Counted from the first letter of the stretch, positions 1 to 10,899 are shown. The stretch is DNA of 64,000 bases from an uncultured Clostridia bacterium (GCA_934130325.1 CAKOYA010000001.1:33725-97724), one strand, 5' to 3'. Numbers and translations are program-made. Notes: generated by a model not told the origin, from the sequence alone.

Positions 1-57
1 AGTTTCTTCTACCTCCAAAGACTTTAAAATCACTCTATCTCCTAATGGTTTTAACAT
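1..57 (-). CDS. groES: co-chaperonin GroES, 5' part (3' end beyond window start)
   Basis: rc of 1-57 translates MLKPLGDRVILKSLEVEET, the typical GroES N-terminus; GGAGGTG RBS lies upstream (top 64-70). Confidence 0.75.
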   Translation of the reverse strand, partial: MLKPLGDRVILKSLEVEET

Positions 58-72
58 AATTTACACCTCCAT

Positions 73-99
73 TTAGCACTCTTCTTTCTTAAGTGCTAA
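73..99. promoter_or_regulatory. CIRCE inverted repeat (HrcA operator) TTAGCACTC-N9-AAGTGCTAA
   Basis: Read directly: ttagcactc ttctttctt aagtgctaa; one mismatch to consensus TTAGCACTC-N9-GAGTGCTAA; immediately upstream of groES. Confidence 0.85.
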
Positions 100-102
100 T
101 TA

Positions 103-131
103 ATTATATCACAATAAATATATATATTCAA
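103..131 (-). promoter_or_regulatory. sigma-A type promoter for groES (TTGAAT-17-TATAAT on minus strand)
   Basis: rc gives TTGAAT atatatatttattgtga TATAAT just upstream of CIRCE. Confidence 0.55.
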
Positions 132-297
132 GAATTAATTAAAAAATGATTATTTTTTTATAGGATTTAAAAATAATACATATAAAATATATATTTATAT
201 ACATATTTTATATGATAAAATTCATATTTTTAGACAAATTAATTCCATACTAGACAAAAAAATAGTTACTAAAAAATAATAGTAACCATTAAACAGA

Positions 298-1095
298 TTA
301 TTCCTTAAAAATTGATAAATCTAATTCTATATTATCGTGTGTTTTAGTTATATTAATATCGGAAAACAAGTAATTTTGCTCTAATTCAACTTGCTTTAAC
401 TTACTAAGTTCCAATGCACCTAAAAATGCTGTAACTACTTCTACGTTATTACAAGTATCTAAACTAAAAACCTCATTAAAAACCATTTGAGTATTTGAAT
501 TTAAATAGTTGACAATTTGAGTAACTTTATCCTTTACAGTAACTTTTTCATAAATAGCAATCTTTTTTATCTCATCAGATTTGTTATTTATTTTTCTAGT
601 ATTTCTATTTATAACATCCATATATATATCATGAATTTGAGATTTATTAAATTTTTCACCTGTATATTCTACTCTTTTATTAAATTTTATCTTTTCCATA
701 GATTTAGAGAAACTTCCAAAATTCTTAGAATACATGTTTAAAATTTCATTTGAAACTTCCTTATACTTTTTATATTCAATTATTCTATTTATTATATCTT
801 CTTCAGTTACTTCTTCTTCCTCCTCATTTTTCTCTTCTAATTTAGGTAATAATTTTCTTGCCTTGATATCTAAAAGAGTAGAAGCCATAACTATAAATTC
901 ACTTGCTATTTCTATATTTTTTTCACTTAATTCATTTATATACTCTATATATTCATCTGTGAGTTTGCTAAGAGAGATATCAAATATATTCATTTTATTT
1001 TTTGCTATAAGATGCAACAAAAGATCAAGTGGGCCTTCAAAGTTTTCTAAAGTAAACTTGTACTTAGGCATATTTTTTAATATTATTTGCGACAT
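298..1095 (-). CDS. scpA: segregation and condensation protein A
   Basis: N-terminal FEGPLDLLLHLIAKNKMNIFDISLSKLTDEYIEYI matches the ScpA signature; 265 aa. Confidence 0.75.
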   Translation of the reverse strand: MSQIILKNMPKYKFTLENFEGPLDLLLHLIAKNKMNIFDISLSKLTDEYIEYINELSEKNIEIASEFIVMASTLLDIKARKLLPKLEEKNEEEEEVTEEDIINRIIEYKKYKEVSNEILNMYSKNFGSFSKSMEKIKFNKRVEYTGEKFNKSQIHDIYMDVINRNTRKINNKSDEIKKIAIYEKVTVKDKVTQIVNYLNSNTQMVFNEVFSLDTCNNVEVVTAFLGALELSKLKQVELEQNYLFSDINITKTHDNIELDLSIFKE

Positions 1096-1112
1096 AATCT
1101 TTCCCTTCTATA

Positions 1113-1832
1113 TTATATATTTTTTGCTAAATCCAAAGCTACCTTTATCATTTTATCGAAAGATACTTCTCTTTGTTTAGAAGACAACCTTTCACCTGTT
1201 ATTATATTATCTGATATTGTAAATAAACTTAATGCCCTCTTTTGAGCCAATTTAGCATTTGCATATAAAGCTAAAGTTTCCATTTCAACAGCAAGATACC
1301 CTTGCTCTTTAAGTTTATTTATATGATCTTTAGTATCATAAAAAACTATTGATGAGAAAGTTTTTCCAAATACCACATTCGATATATCATTTTCGCACAA
1401 GTAGTTTTTCAAATTTTCTACTAATTTATTATCTGCAGTTATCAAAGAGTCCTCTTTAATCCCAACAGCGTTCAAATAATTTGAATCTGACCCTACAAAC
1501 TCAGATACAACTATGTCATTTATATTTATTTTACTACTTACAGTTCCAGCACTACCAATACGTATAATCGTATCAACTCCATAGCCTTCAAATAATTCCT
1601 TTGAATATATCCCCATAGATGGAATTCCCATTCCACTTGCTTGAATAGATACTTTTACACCATTATAATATCCTGTAAATCCAAACATATTTCTTATTTT
1701 GTTGTAACAAACAACATCAGTTAAATATTTTTCTGCTATATATTTTGCTCTTAATGGATCTCCAGGCATTATTACAACTTTTGCTATTTGACCACTTTCT
1801 GCTTCATTATGTGGTGTTGGTATTTTAATCAC
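1113..1832 (-). CDS. deoD: purine nucleoside phosphorylase DeoD-type
   Basis: MPGDPLRAKYIAE..., GMGIPS, SAGT motifs; 239 aa. Confidence 0.85.
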   Translation of the reverse strand: MIKIPTPHNEAESGQIAKVVIMPGDPLRAKYIAEKYLTDVVCYNKIRNMFGFTGYYNGVKVSIQASGMGIPSMGIYSKELFEGYGVDTIIRIGSAGTVSSKININDIVVSEFVGSDSNYLNAVGIKEDSLITADNKLVENLKNYLCENDISNVVFGKTFSSIVFYDTKDHINKLKEQGYLAVEMETLALYANAKLAQKRALSLFTISDNIITGERLSSKQREVSFDKMIKVALDLAKNI

Positions 1833-2241
1833 AGTAATTCCCCCTTAAAAAGCCTCTTCTAAATAAATATTGCTTTTTTTTAATATCTTCCATATTTTTT
1901 AACTTTCCTGCCAAAAGTTTATTTACTATTTCTTTTTCATAATCTGATTCAGCTAAAATTTGAATCTTTTCTTCAATTATATATTTTTTTATTCCTTTTT
2001 GCAATAATTTATTTTTTATTTCATATATTGAGTAATTTTGTAGACGCATACATTGTCTAATATATGCGTCTACGTATTCATAATCATTTATATAATTTAA
2101 ATCTTTTAGATAGCAAATAACGTCATCTATTACGTCATCTTCTACTTTACTTTTTTTTAGTTTCTGCTTTACTTCAAATTCTGTTTTTTTAGCTGTTAAT
2201 AAAAACCTTACAGCTTTCTCTTTAGCAAATTCAAAGTTCAT
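1825..2241 (-). CDS. recX: recombination regulator RecX (likely start MNFEF at 2241 with AGAGGAG RBS, 4 nt after recA stop)
   Basis: position immediately downstream of recA; helical-repeat protein of RecX size. Confidence 0.7.
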   Translation of the reverse strand: MNFEFAKEKAVRFLLTAKKTEFEVKQKLKKSKVEDDVIDDVICYLKDLNYINDYEYVDAYIRQCMRLQNYSIYEIKNKLLQKGIKKYIIEEKIQILAESDYEKEIVNKLLAGKLKNMEDIKKKQYLFRRGFLRGNYCD

Positions 2242-2245
2242 TATA

Positions 2246-3298
2246 TTACTCCTCTTCTTCAGTATTATTTGAATCAGCTTCTGGAATCTCTCCCATACTT
2301 TTTTCAAAAGCTTGATTAAATTTTTCTCTTACCTTAGATTCAATTTCAGCCATAATATCAGTATTTTCTTTTAAGAATGTCTTTGCATTTTCCCTTCCTT
2401 GACCAATTTTTTGACCATTATAAGCAAACCAAGCACCACTTTTATCAACAATATCTAAATCTACTGCTAAATCAAGTATACATCCTTCATTTGATATTCC
2501 TTCACCATAAACAATATCAAATACAGCTTCCCTAAAAGGTGGAGCAACTTTATTTTTTACAACCTTAACCTTTGTTCTAGATCCTACTACTTCACCGTTA
2601 ATCTTTATTGCCTCTTGCTTTCTAACATCAAGCCTTACTGATGAATAAAATTTTAATGCTCTTCCACCAGGTGTGGTTTCTGGATTTCCAAACATAACCC
2701 CAACTTTTTCTCTTAATTGATTTATAAATATTGCTACTGTCTTAGATTTATTTAATACGCCAGTCAATTTTCTTAATGCTTGAGACATAAGTCTTGCTTG
2801 CAATCCTATATGTGAATCTCCCATTTCTCCATCTATTTCAGCTTTTGGCACAAGAGCTGCTACTGAGTCTACGGTTATAATGTCAACCGCACCACTTCTA
2901 ACAAGTTGCTCAGCAATTTCAAGTGCTTGTTCACCAGTATCAGGCTGAGCAACTATTAAGTTATCTATATCAACGCCAAGTTTTTTAGCATATACAGGAT
3001 CAAGTGCATGTTCTGCATCAATAAATGCAGCTATACCACCTTGTTTTTGTGCCTCAGCAATTGCATGTAATGCAACAGTAGTTTTACCAGATGATTCTGG
3101 CCCAAAAATTTCAATTATTCTTCCTCTTGGAAATCCTCCAATTCCCAATGCTATATCTAAACTTAGTGCACCACTTGGTATTGAATCAACACTTACATTT
3201 CCAACTTCTCCTAATTTCATTACAGAACCTTTACCAAAATTCTTCTCTATTTGAGCCATAGCTATATCTAAGGCTTTTTTTCTTTCTTCAGATATCAT
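2246..3298 (-). CDS. recA: recombinase RecA
   Basis: GPESSGKTT Walker [18 protein letters not shown], full-length 350 aa. Confidence 0.97.
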   Translation of the reverse strand: MISEERKKALDIAMAQIEKNFGKGSVMKLGEVGNVSVDSIPSGALSLDIALGIGGFPRGRIIEIFGPESSGKTTVALHAIAEAQKQGGIAAFIDAEHALDPVYAKKLGVDIDNLIVAQPDTGEQALEIAEQLVRSGAVDIITVDSVAALVPKAEIDGEMGDSHIGLQARLMSQALRKLTGVLNKSKTVAIFINQLREKVGVMFGNPETTPGGRALKFYSSVRLDVRKQEAIKINGEVVGSRTKVKVVKNKVAPPFREAVFDIVYGEGISNEGCILDLAVDLDIVDKSGAWFAYNGQKIGQGRENAKTFLKENTDIMAEIESKVREKFNQAFEKSMGEIPEADSNNTEEEE

Positions 3299-3381
3299 AA
3301 ATCTTTCCTCCTATTATAGAACATTTGTTTATACGAATTATACTACTAAAATTTTTGTTTGTCAACAGCTTTTATAAAATT

Positions 3382-5007
3382 TTATGAAATTGACTCATTA
3401 GAATTATTAACAAGAATTTCTCTTAGTTTTTTATTTATATCTTTTATTAATTCAATGGGTTTTGAAAAATAATATCCTTGTACGTATTTAACACCAAGTC
3501 TAGCAACTAGCTCCAATGTATCATTATCTTCAATTCCAAGTGCAATTATTTCACATCCCTTTGATATAGAATATGTAACTAAATTAGATAAGAATCTTTG
3601 CTTTTCAACGTCATCTCCAATATCCTTTATTAATGAAATATCTGGAACTATATAATCAATATCGAGTAAATTTAATTCATCTATTGTGAATGTTCCTATA
3701 CCAAAATTATCAAAAGCTACCAAGCCATTTTTTTGATGTATTGAAGAAATTATTTTTTGTAATTCTGTTAAGTCCTTTTTCTCATAGTTTTGAAATTCCA
3801 TAACTATTTTATTCCTTCCCATCATATCATATAATCTTGGTTTATTAATATATTTGGAGTAACTATTTAAATCACAATTTACAAATAATAAGTTAGAATC
3901 CTTCTCGTGTAGATTCTCAAAAGACTCTATTGAATTAATCATCATTACCTGTTGTATTTTTTCATACTTTCCTATTTGGTTTGTATAATTAATAAAATCT
4001 AATATTCTTATTGATTTAGTATTTTCTATTCTAGTAAATACTTCATATCCCAATACCTTTTTTTCATCTATATTTATAATTGGTTGATATACAGGTTTTA
4101 TTCTCCTTCTATTTAATACATCCTCTATTAACATATCTAATTCAGGTTTAGAAATTGTACTAATTGTATCAACATTACCGTTAGGACCTATAGGTGTATC
4201 CTCATTTTCATCAACTGCATCATTTTCGTAATTCATGTATTTGTTTATAAACTCAATATATTTTGTCTTAACTAATTTGAATTTATTATACACGTCAACA
4301 TTTTTAGCCCTAGCATCTGAATCTTTCACGTCTAACAATAAGTAGAATAATTCTTTACTATTATCTAATTCACTTGCTAAAAACTTCATATTATCATACG
4401 TTATCTCACCTTCATTTAAGTATTTATCATGATACTTAATTAAAGTTAAAATAATCTTTTTCTCTTCTTCACTGAAATAAAATCTATCTAAAATTCCCTT
4501 AGCAAGTTCTACTGATTTATCATCGTGAGTTGCAAAACTATCTGTACCATCATCTAAAATCACCTTTACATAAGGCTTACCTATATCATGTAACAACATA
4601 GTCCATTTTAATAATTTTTTTTGCCATTTTCCTATAGGAATTTGTGGATTTCCAACACACTCAATTGTTGTAAGAATATGCTTAAATACCCCATACTTAT
4701 GATAAGAAGAATTTTGTTGACAATTGATAACGTCTTCACCATATTGATTTTTTACATAAAATTCAGGAAAATCTCTTACAAAAATTCTTGTTTGACTTAA
4801 TTTAAGTAATAAATATGCCACATTATCATCTTCTAAGACAGAAGTATATATATTAGTCTTTTCCTGTGGATTAGAATCATACATTTTTAGCCTATTAATC
4901 AAAGATTCTACTCTTGCTTTTTCTTTAATATCCATTAAATCTGCAGCAATATTTTGTGTATCCATCTCATCCATAAAATCTTCAAACTCTTCCATAATAA
5001 ACCTCAC
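3382..5007 (-). CDS. HD-domain + EAL-domain protein (putative c-di-GMP phosphodiesterase, EVF variant of EAL motif)
   Basis: N-terminal H...HD...H..D (HKYGVFKH / LLHDIGKP / ATHDDKS / KYHDKYL); C-terminal YQPIINIDEKKVLGYEVFTRIE...DNFGIGTFTIDELNLLDIDYIVPD...IALGIED...QGYYFSKP typical of EAL. Confidence 0.7.
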   Translation of the reverse strand: MRFIMEEFEDFMDEMDTQNIAADLMDIKEKARVESLINRLKMYDSNPQEKTNIYTSVLEDDNVAYLLLKLSQTRIFVRDFPEFYVKNQYGEDVINCQQNSSYHKYGVFKHILTTIECVGNPQIPIGKWQKKLLKWTMLLHDIGKPYVKVILDDGTDSFATHDDKSVELAKGILDRFYFSEEEKKIILTLIKYHDKYLNEGEITYDNMKFLASELDNSKELFYLLLDVKDSDARAKNVDVYNKFKLVKTKYIEFINKYMNYENDAVDENEDTPIGPNGNVDTISTISKPELDMLIEDVLNRRRIKPVYQPIINIDEKKVLGYEVFTRIENTKSIRILDFINYTNQIGKYEKIQQVMMINSIESFENLHEKDSNLLFVNCDLNSYSKYINKPRLYDMMGRNKIVMEFQNYEKKDLTELQKIISSIHQKNGLVAFDNFGIGTFTIDELNLLDIDYIVPDISLIKDIGDDVEKQRFLSNLVTYSISKGCEIIALGIEDNDTLELVARLGVKYVQGYYFSKPIELIKDINKKLREILVNNSNESIS

Positions 5008-5121
5008 TTTTAACTAAGTATAATATTACTATAAAATATATAAAATTGCAATATTTTAAATTTAATTATAACTTTATTTTTCCAAGTACTACATTATTTT
5101 ATTAAATTTCTACCATATTAT

Positions 5122-5156
5122 TGACTTTTTTTGTTTTTTTATGTATAATGTACTAG
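5122..5156 (+). promoter_or_regulatory. sigma-A promoter TTGACT-17-TATAAT for rplM-rpsI; ~70-nt leader follows
   Basis: ttgact ttttttgtttttttatg tataat read directly. Confidence 0.65.
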
Positions 5157-5231
5157 TATTAATAGTTACTTAAACTAAACCCCGGAAAGTTTTACGTAGC
5201 TAAATTTTATATTTAGGAGGAAATTTTAGTT

Positions 5232-5666
5232 ATGAATAATACTACACATAGTGTAAAAGCTAAAGAAATTGTAAAAAAATGGTACATAATAGATGCAGCA
5301 AACAAACCTCTAGGAAGAGTTGCAAGTGAAGTTGCTAAATTACTAAAAGGTAAACATAAACCTACTTACACTACAAATTTAGATTGTGGTGACAATGTTA
5401 TAGTAATAAATTCTGATAAGATAGTTTTAACTGGTAACAAATTAAATCAAAAAGTTTACAGACACCACTCTGGTTATGTTGGTGGAATGAAAGAAATTAA
5501 ATATAGTGACCTTATGGCAAATAAATCAGATAAAGCTTTAATGGTTGCAATAAAAGGAATGCTACCAAAAAATTCTTTAGGTAGAAAAATGCTTACAAAT
5601 GTAAGAATATATAAAGGTAGTGAGCATAAAAATGAAGCTCAAAAACCAGAAGTATGGGAATTTTAG
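5232..5666 (+). CDS. rplM: 50S ribosomal protein L13
   Basis: WYIIDAANKPLGRVAS...; AGGAGG RBS. Confidence 0.95.
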   Translation: MNNTTHSVKAKEIVKKWYIIDAANKPLGRVASEVAKLLKGKHKPTYTTNLDCGDNVIVINSDKIVLTGNKLNQKVYRHHSGYVGGMKEIKYSDLMANKSDKALMVAIKGMLPKNSLGRKMLTNVRIYKGSEHKNEAQKPEVWEF

Positions 5667-5678
5667 GAGGATGTAAAA

Positions 5679-6074
5679 ATGGCAAAGAAAGAATATATAT
5701 ATGCAACAGGTAAAAGAAAATCATCTATAGCTAGAGTTAATATAATACCTGGTACAGGTAAAATAACTATAAACAAAAAAGATATGGATGAAGTTTACAC
5801 TTTAGATACATTAAAGGCAATTGTTTTAAAACCTTTTAAAGTAGCTAATATGATGGAAAAATATGATGTTATTGCTACAGTAAATGGTGGTGGATTCTCT
5901 GGTCAAGCTGGTGCTATTGCACATGGTATTGCTAAAGCTCTTGCAACAACTGATCCAGAAGTTCGTACAATATTAAAGAGAAATGGTCTTCTTACTAGAG
6001 ATTCTAGAGTAAAAGAAAGAAGAAAATATGGTCTTAAAAAGGCAAGAAAAGCACCACAATTCTCAAAGAGATAA
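5679..6074 (+). CDS. rpsI: 30S ribosomal protein S9
   Basis: [19 protein letters not shown]...[17 protein letters not shown]. Confidence 0.95.
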   Translation: MAKKEYIYATGKRKSSIARVNIIPGTGKITINKKDMDEVYTLDTLKAIVLKPFKVANMMEKYDVIATVNGGGFSGQAGAIAHGIAKALATTDPEVRTILKRNGLLTRDSRVKERRKYGLKKARKAPQFSKR

Positions 6075-6146
6075 AAAAAGCTTTTATCAAAAGCAATTTA
6101 ACCTCAGAAGTTTCAAGGCTTCCGAGGTTTTTTGTTGCTGCTTGGT
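6075..6146. repeat. direct repeat copy A (attL-like): rpsI 3' end and terminator
   Basis: aagagataaaaaaagcttttatcaaaagcaatttaacctcagaagtttcaaggcttccgaggtttttt is ~88% identical to 16318-16390. Confidence 0.8.
6101..6135 (+). terminator. rho-independent terminator of rplM-rpsI (cctcagaag...cttccgagg + T-run)
   Basis: stem-loop followed by ttttttg. Confidence 0.7.
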
Positions 6147-6537
6147 AATTTTTACTATACAATGTCTGCAAATATTGATATTTCAACACTTCTATTTTTT
6201 ATTTGTTTGCCATTTAAATTTGTAATATACAAGTAATATGCTAGTAATATACAAATTTATATTTCAACTTTCTATAATTGTTAATATATCTATATCACAA
6301 AAAAGCTAACTATGCTCCACTATTATTTTTCGCATAATTAGCTTTGTATTTTATTAATACAACGAATCGTTATTTAAATAAATTGTAATTTGTCGAGATG
6401 ATTATAATATAAAAAATTATAAGTTTTTTGAAATTATTTATATTCTTATATAATGGTCCTCAACGTATATTTAATCATTTGATTTAATAGCCTCCATTTT
6501 TCACTATTAAAAAACACTATTATTATAGCAATATTTT

Positions 6538-7149
6538 TTAAATTTCTAAATTTATTAATTCACAAATATCCTTAATTTTTTTATAAAATTTATCGCATTT
6601 TCCAAATCCATATCCTGCCCAAATAAAAGGTAATCCATTTATTTTTGCTGATTCATAATCTTTTATAGTATCTCCAACATACACAGATTTCAAAATATTA
6701 TTTCTTTCTAATACTATCTTAATATTTTTTTCTTTACTAAAACCTGTATTTCCAGAACATTCATAATCTTTAAAATATTTTTCAATATCATAATATTTCA
6801 AAAATGCTTCTATATATCCTGACTGACAATTACTTACAATATACAAATCATAACTTAATGATAATTTTTTTATAGTTTCTAATGTATTTTTATAGATATG
6901 ACCGCCATTCTTTATTAAATATTCGTTTTCTTTTTCTTGACATTCTGTAATAAATTCATTTCCTAGACTATTATTTCCTTTAAATAAATATTTAATTATT
7001 TCAATTTTAGTATATCCCATTATTTTCTTAATTGTATCTTCATCAATCTGAATTTTATAATTTTGAGCAATATCTTTCCAAACTTGTTCAATCTCTTTTG
7101 ATGTATCCAATAGTGTACCATCCAAATCAAATATTATAGCTTTTTTCAA
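6538..7149 (-). CDS. HAD-superfamily hydrolase (beta-phosphoglucomutase/phosphatase-like)
   Basis: MKKAIIFDLDGTLLDT motif I; 203 aa. Confidence 0.75.
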   Translation of the reverse strand: MKKAIIFDLDGTLLDTSKEIEQVWKDIAQNYKIQIDEDTIKKIMGYTKIEIIKYLFKGNNSLGNEFITECQEKENEYLIKNGGHIYKNTLETIKKLSLSYDLYIVSNCQSGYIEAFLKYYDIEKYFKDYECSGNTGFSKEKNIKIVLERNNILKSVYVGDTIKDYESAKINGLPFIWAGYGFGKCDKFYKKIKDICELINLEI

Positions 7150-7153
7150 CTTT

Positions 7154-8093
7154 TTATTTCTCCTTTACTAAACATGTGCTTATTATTTCCAAATCGCCTA
7201 TAATCTTATATTTTCCCAATGTTGCAGGAATTATAAATGTATCTCCCTTACTTAATATATATTCATTATTTGAATCATATATTTTCCCAGATCCTTTTAT
7301 AACATTCATTATTAACAATGTATTTATATTACTACTAGACGAAAATTTATATTCTATAACAATTTTTTTTACATCCAAAAATTTATTTTTTATTACTCGA
7401 TTAGTTCCTTTAAAATTATTTGTTTGATATTTTTTTGCTTTCCTAAAAAACTTTATATTTTCAATAGCCTTTTCAATGTGTAATTCTCTACTTTTACCAC
7501 ATTTATCAACTCTATTCCAATCAAATATTCTATATGTAATATTACTATTTTGTTGAATTTCTAGTATTAGTATATTTTTTAATATTGAGTGTATTGTGCC
7601 AGAAGGAATATATAGCTTCTCCTTCATTAATATCTATGTAATTCAATTGTTCTGCTATTTGAGTATCTTTTAATAATTCAACAAATTCTCCTTTTGTTAG
7701 ATTATTTTTAAATCCTGCTATGACTTGTGATTCATTTGAGCTTTCAACTATATACCATAATTCATTTTTTTCATTAATAATATCACTTGGGTGTACTTGA
7801 ATTGATAAATTTTCTTCAGCGTCTATAAATTTTATTATAATTGGAAAATCTTTTCTATTAATAGCATACCTTCCAAATATTTTTTCTTTTAAATAAATAT
7901 TTGGAAAAAGTTCAAATAAAGTTTTTCCTTTAAATTCTCCATTTTTTACTTTAACAGATTCATCTTTATTAATTGCAATCTCAATACTTTCAGCAATATT
8001 TCTATTTTCATTTTCCTTATTATATTCTTTTTCTAATCTAGTTCCACCCCATATGTATTCTTTATATATAGAATCAACAAACATCACTTCCAT
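7154..8093 (-). pseudogene. manA: mannose-6-phosphate isomerase class I, frameshifted in a (TA)n tract near 7598-7605
   Basis: ORF 7545-8093 carries IWGGTRL...QVHP...INEGEAIY, and ORF 7154-7627 continues YIPSGTIHSI...ITYRIFDWNRVD in another frame; the junction gctatatattcc is one TA unit short of the expected gctatatatattcc. Confidence 0.7.
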
Positions 8094-8108
8094 TTTTTTG
8101 CCTTTCTA

Positions 8109-8603
8109 TTATTTATTAGCATTCAAATATTTTAAGCAATATTCAAAAAATTCTTTATGGCTATTTGAAAATTTTTCTTCTTGTATCATTTTTTGTATTT
8201 CCTCAATTGTCGCCCATTTCACATCTTCTACTTCTTCTTTTTGAATTTTTATTCTATTTATATCTACATCTTCTTTCAAATAATAAATATCAACAAAATC
8301 ATCTTCTGTTTTTATTGTTTTAAATAATATTACATTTTCTTCTACTACATTAATGCCTAGTTCTTCTTTAATTTCCGTTATAATCCCTTGCTTACTTGTT
8401 TCTCCTGATACAGGATGTCCTCCTGTTGTTGCCCACTTTCCATCTTTCTTTTTTACTCTTTTTTGAAGTAAAAATTCTTTTTTACCATTTTGTATAAAAA
8501 CAACTACTGTTATATAATAACGTCCTTTTGGTACATCCTGTCCTTTATAAATTGTTTCTCCTGTTAATTTTTTATTTTCATCATACAAATCTCTTAATTC
8601 CAT
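8109..8603 (-). CDS. NUDIX hydrolase
   Basis: Nudix box GGHPVSGETSKQGIITEIKEELGI. Confidence 0.8.
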   Translation of the reverse strand: MELRDLYDENKKLTGETIYKGQDVPKGRYYITVVVFIQNGKKEFLLQKRVKKKDGKWATTGGHPVSGETSKQGIITEIKEELGINVVEENVILFKTIKTEDDFVDIYYLKEDVDINRIKIQKEEVEDVKWATIEEIQKMIQEEKFSNSHKEFFEYCLKYLNANK

Positions 8604-8627
8604 GTTTTTATCTCCTTATAAAATTTA

Positions 8628-9770
8628 TTATTTTATCATATCAATATACGAATTTTTAAATGTATTTATATCATATTGTATTTGCCATTCTTTAAGAGGC
8701 TCTTTTCTTTCAATATATTCTTTATTTTTTATAGTTTCCAATATTTTATTTTTTAATTCTTCACTATTATTTTTAAATATATAATTATAATCATTTCCAT
8801 TTACTAATTCATTAAATGTTGGTATATCATTTAATATTGTATATATTCCCAATGATAATGATTCTAACGCAGAATATCCAAAACTCTCTGATCTACTTGG
8901 TAATACGCATATGTCTGCGATCTTATACACTTCTGACATATAATCAAATCTTATTATTTTTATAGTTATATTATTTATACTTGCTTGTCTTTTTAATGAA
9001 TCTAAAAATTTTTCATACTGTTTATCTAATCCAGTATAAATAATCTCAATTTTTGCTTTTTCAGCATTTTCCATTAAACAACAAGCATCCAGTAATAATT
9101 GAGGCTGTTTTTGATTTGGCTCTAACCTTTGAGGAACAATTATCTTAATTTTTTTCTTATCTATATTATATTTCTCACAAATTTCATCCTTATTCTTTTC
9201 TGTTTTTAACCTTTCTTTATCTATTGCGTGAGGAATAAAATTTATTTTACATTCAGTTAATTTGCTATATTCATTAGCATAGAACTTTGATGGAGCTACA
9301 AATATTGTTTTATCATCGTCATTGTATCTTTTCATTATATCAATTACTCTTTCAAAAGATTTCTCGCCCCAAGCAAGAATATATTCAAATGGATTAGTAT
9401 GTATTGTGAATATTCTTTTTTTATCCTTCCAAGCTTCTAAAACCAATAAAGAATTTAATTGTATAAAATCATATTTTTCCATATTAATTTTATTTTCAAG
9501 TTTTCTTGCCAAGTTTGAATATGATGTATCTGTTTCAAAATTTCCAAAAGCTTCTTGAACTATATATTCATCTGCTTCTCCCTTTATATTAAACAGGTCT
9601 ATATTTATATAATTTACACCATCTTCTCTATGTGTATTTCCTGAAAACATATATACGTCTACTTCATTTCCGTTGTCTGCAAAAGCTTTCGCAATATCCA
9701 TTACAAATCTTTCTGTTCCTCCAACTGCTTTTTTAGATATCGCCCAAGTATTTACTATCGCTATTTTCAT
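8628..9770 (-). CDS. glycosyltransferase family 1/4 (GT-B)
   Basis: MKIAIVNTWAISKKAVGGTERFV... N-domain; C-domain ...VLPSRSESFGYSALESLSLG; ~380 aa. Confidence 0.75.
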   Translation of the reverse strand: MKIAIVNTWAISKKAVGGTERFVMDIAKAFADNGNEVDVYMFSGNTHREDGVNYINIDLFNIKGEADEYIVQEAFGNFETDTSYSNLARKLENKINMEKYDFIQLNSLLVLEAWKDKKRIFTIHTNPFEYILAWGEKSFERVIDIMKRYNDDDKTIFVAPSKFYANEYSKLTECKINFIPHAIDKERLKTEKNKDEICEKYNIDKKKIKIIVPQRLEPNQKQPQLLLDACCLMENAEKAKIEIIYTGLDKQYEKFLDSLKRQASINNITIKIIRFDYMSEVYKIADICVLPSRSESFGYSALESLSLGIYTILNDIPTFNELVNGNDYNYIFKNNSEELKNKILETIKNKEYIERKEPLKEWQIQYDINTFKNSYIDMIK

Positions 9771-9801
9771 TTTTTTCACCCTCATCTCTTTTTACTTCAT
9801 T

Positions 9802-10899
9802 TTATTTTTTAGGTAATTGCCTATTGCCTTTTTTCGGATCAATTTTTATTCTATCTTTTAAATTCTTTTCTTTTTTCTTCAAATCGTATGAATTTTGAAT
9901 TATACTTAAGTAATTCTCATTAGAGTTTCTTTCAGAATATTCATAAGCTCTCTTGCTTAACTCTCTATATGTTTCTTTATCTATATTAATTCTTTTTGCT
10001 TTTTCTCCTCCTGGTATAACTATTCCCATTCCATATTGTTTTACCTCTTGTGAAAAATCTATAACATCTGATATTATTACAGGTTTTCCACGAACTAATC
10101 CGTCTATTAATGAATTTGGCACATCTTTTACTACCCTTTTCTGTGGCACAAATGCAACAAAATCAGAATCATCAAATAATTGTGTTAAAATTTGAGTATT
10201 ATTATGTATTTCTAATAGTTTAACTCTATCATATACTCCCTTCTCTTTCGCGATTGCATTAAAATTTTTTGTATCATTATCTCTTAATGGAATAGTTAAT
10301 GTGTAATTAGGATTTTCTTTTAATAATTCTAGTAAATATTCTAATCCTCTTTCTTTTATTGCATCTCCCTCTTTATTATTCCAACTTGCAAATAATATAT
10401 TTACATTATCGCTACTATATTCTTTATTGCTTTTTTTTCTTTCTATTTTAGATGGTGTTGGAGTAACTTCAATCTTTTCTTCATCAATTCCACATTCAAT
10501 TAATAACTGTTTATGCTGTGGTAATTCAACAAAAACTTTTTTTAAATTTTTATATTTTTTTAAATGTTTCGCATACTGTTCAGTAGGTCTTCTATACATT
10601 GATACATATAACTGATTTCCTGCTTTATTAAATAAAACTCTTTTCCATAAACATGGTTCTTCTTCAAAAACATGAACTTTTTCTTTTTTTGCATTATATG
10701 TTTCTTTTATCGCTTGAAAAACATATTTTATTGGGGAATACACATAAATATTATCTTCTATATCTTATTTTTGCATAGCTTGTTGTCCCATAAATCTTGT
10801 TGCTGAAATAATCTTAGCATTATTAGCTTTTGAAATCAACTCCATTTGATTTGACACAGCCTCTTTATATCTTACAAAAAAATCATTAATTACTAACAT
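9802..10899 (-). pseudogene. glycosyltransferase-like (GT-B C-terminal domain) interrupted by an in-frame TAA at 10765-10767
   Basis: 44 codons from ATG 10899 (MLVINDFF...GQQAMQK) then TAA, then the same frame continues DIEDNIYV-YSPIKY... to 9802; C-terminal region FVPQKRVVKDVPNSLIDGLVRGKPVIISDV resembles the GT1 family. Confidence 0.5.

Noticed and set aside
517-1180. Plus-strand ORFs 517-741 and 734-1180
   Set aside because: They lie entirely antisense to scpA, and their products are low-complexity Ile/Phe/Ser-rich, typical of AT-rich antisense frames.
6028-6225. 65-aa ORF overlapping the rpsI 3' end and terminator
   Set aside because: It is out of frame with rpsI, spans the terminator hairpin, has no RBS, and its product is of implausible composition.
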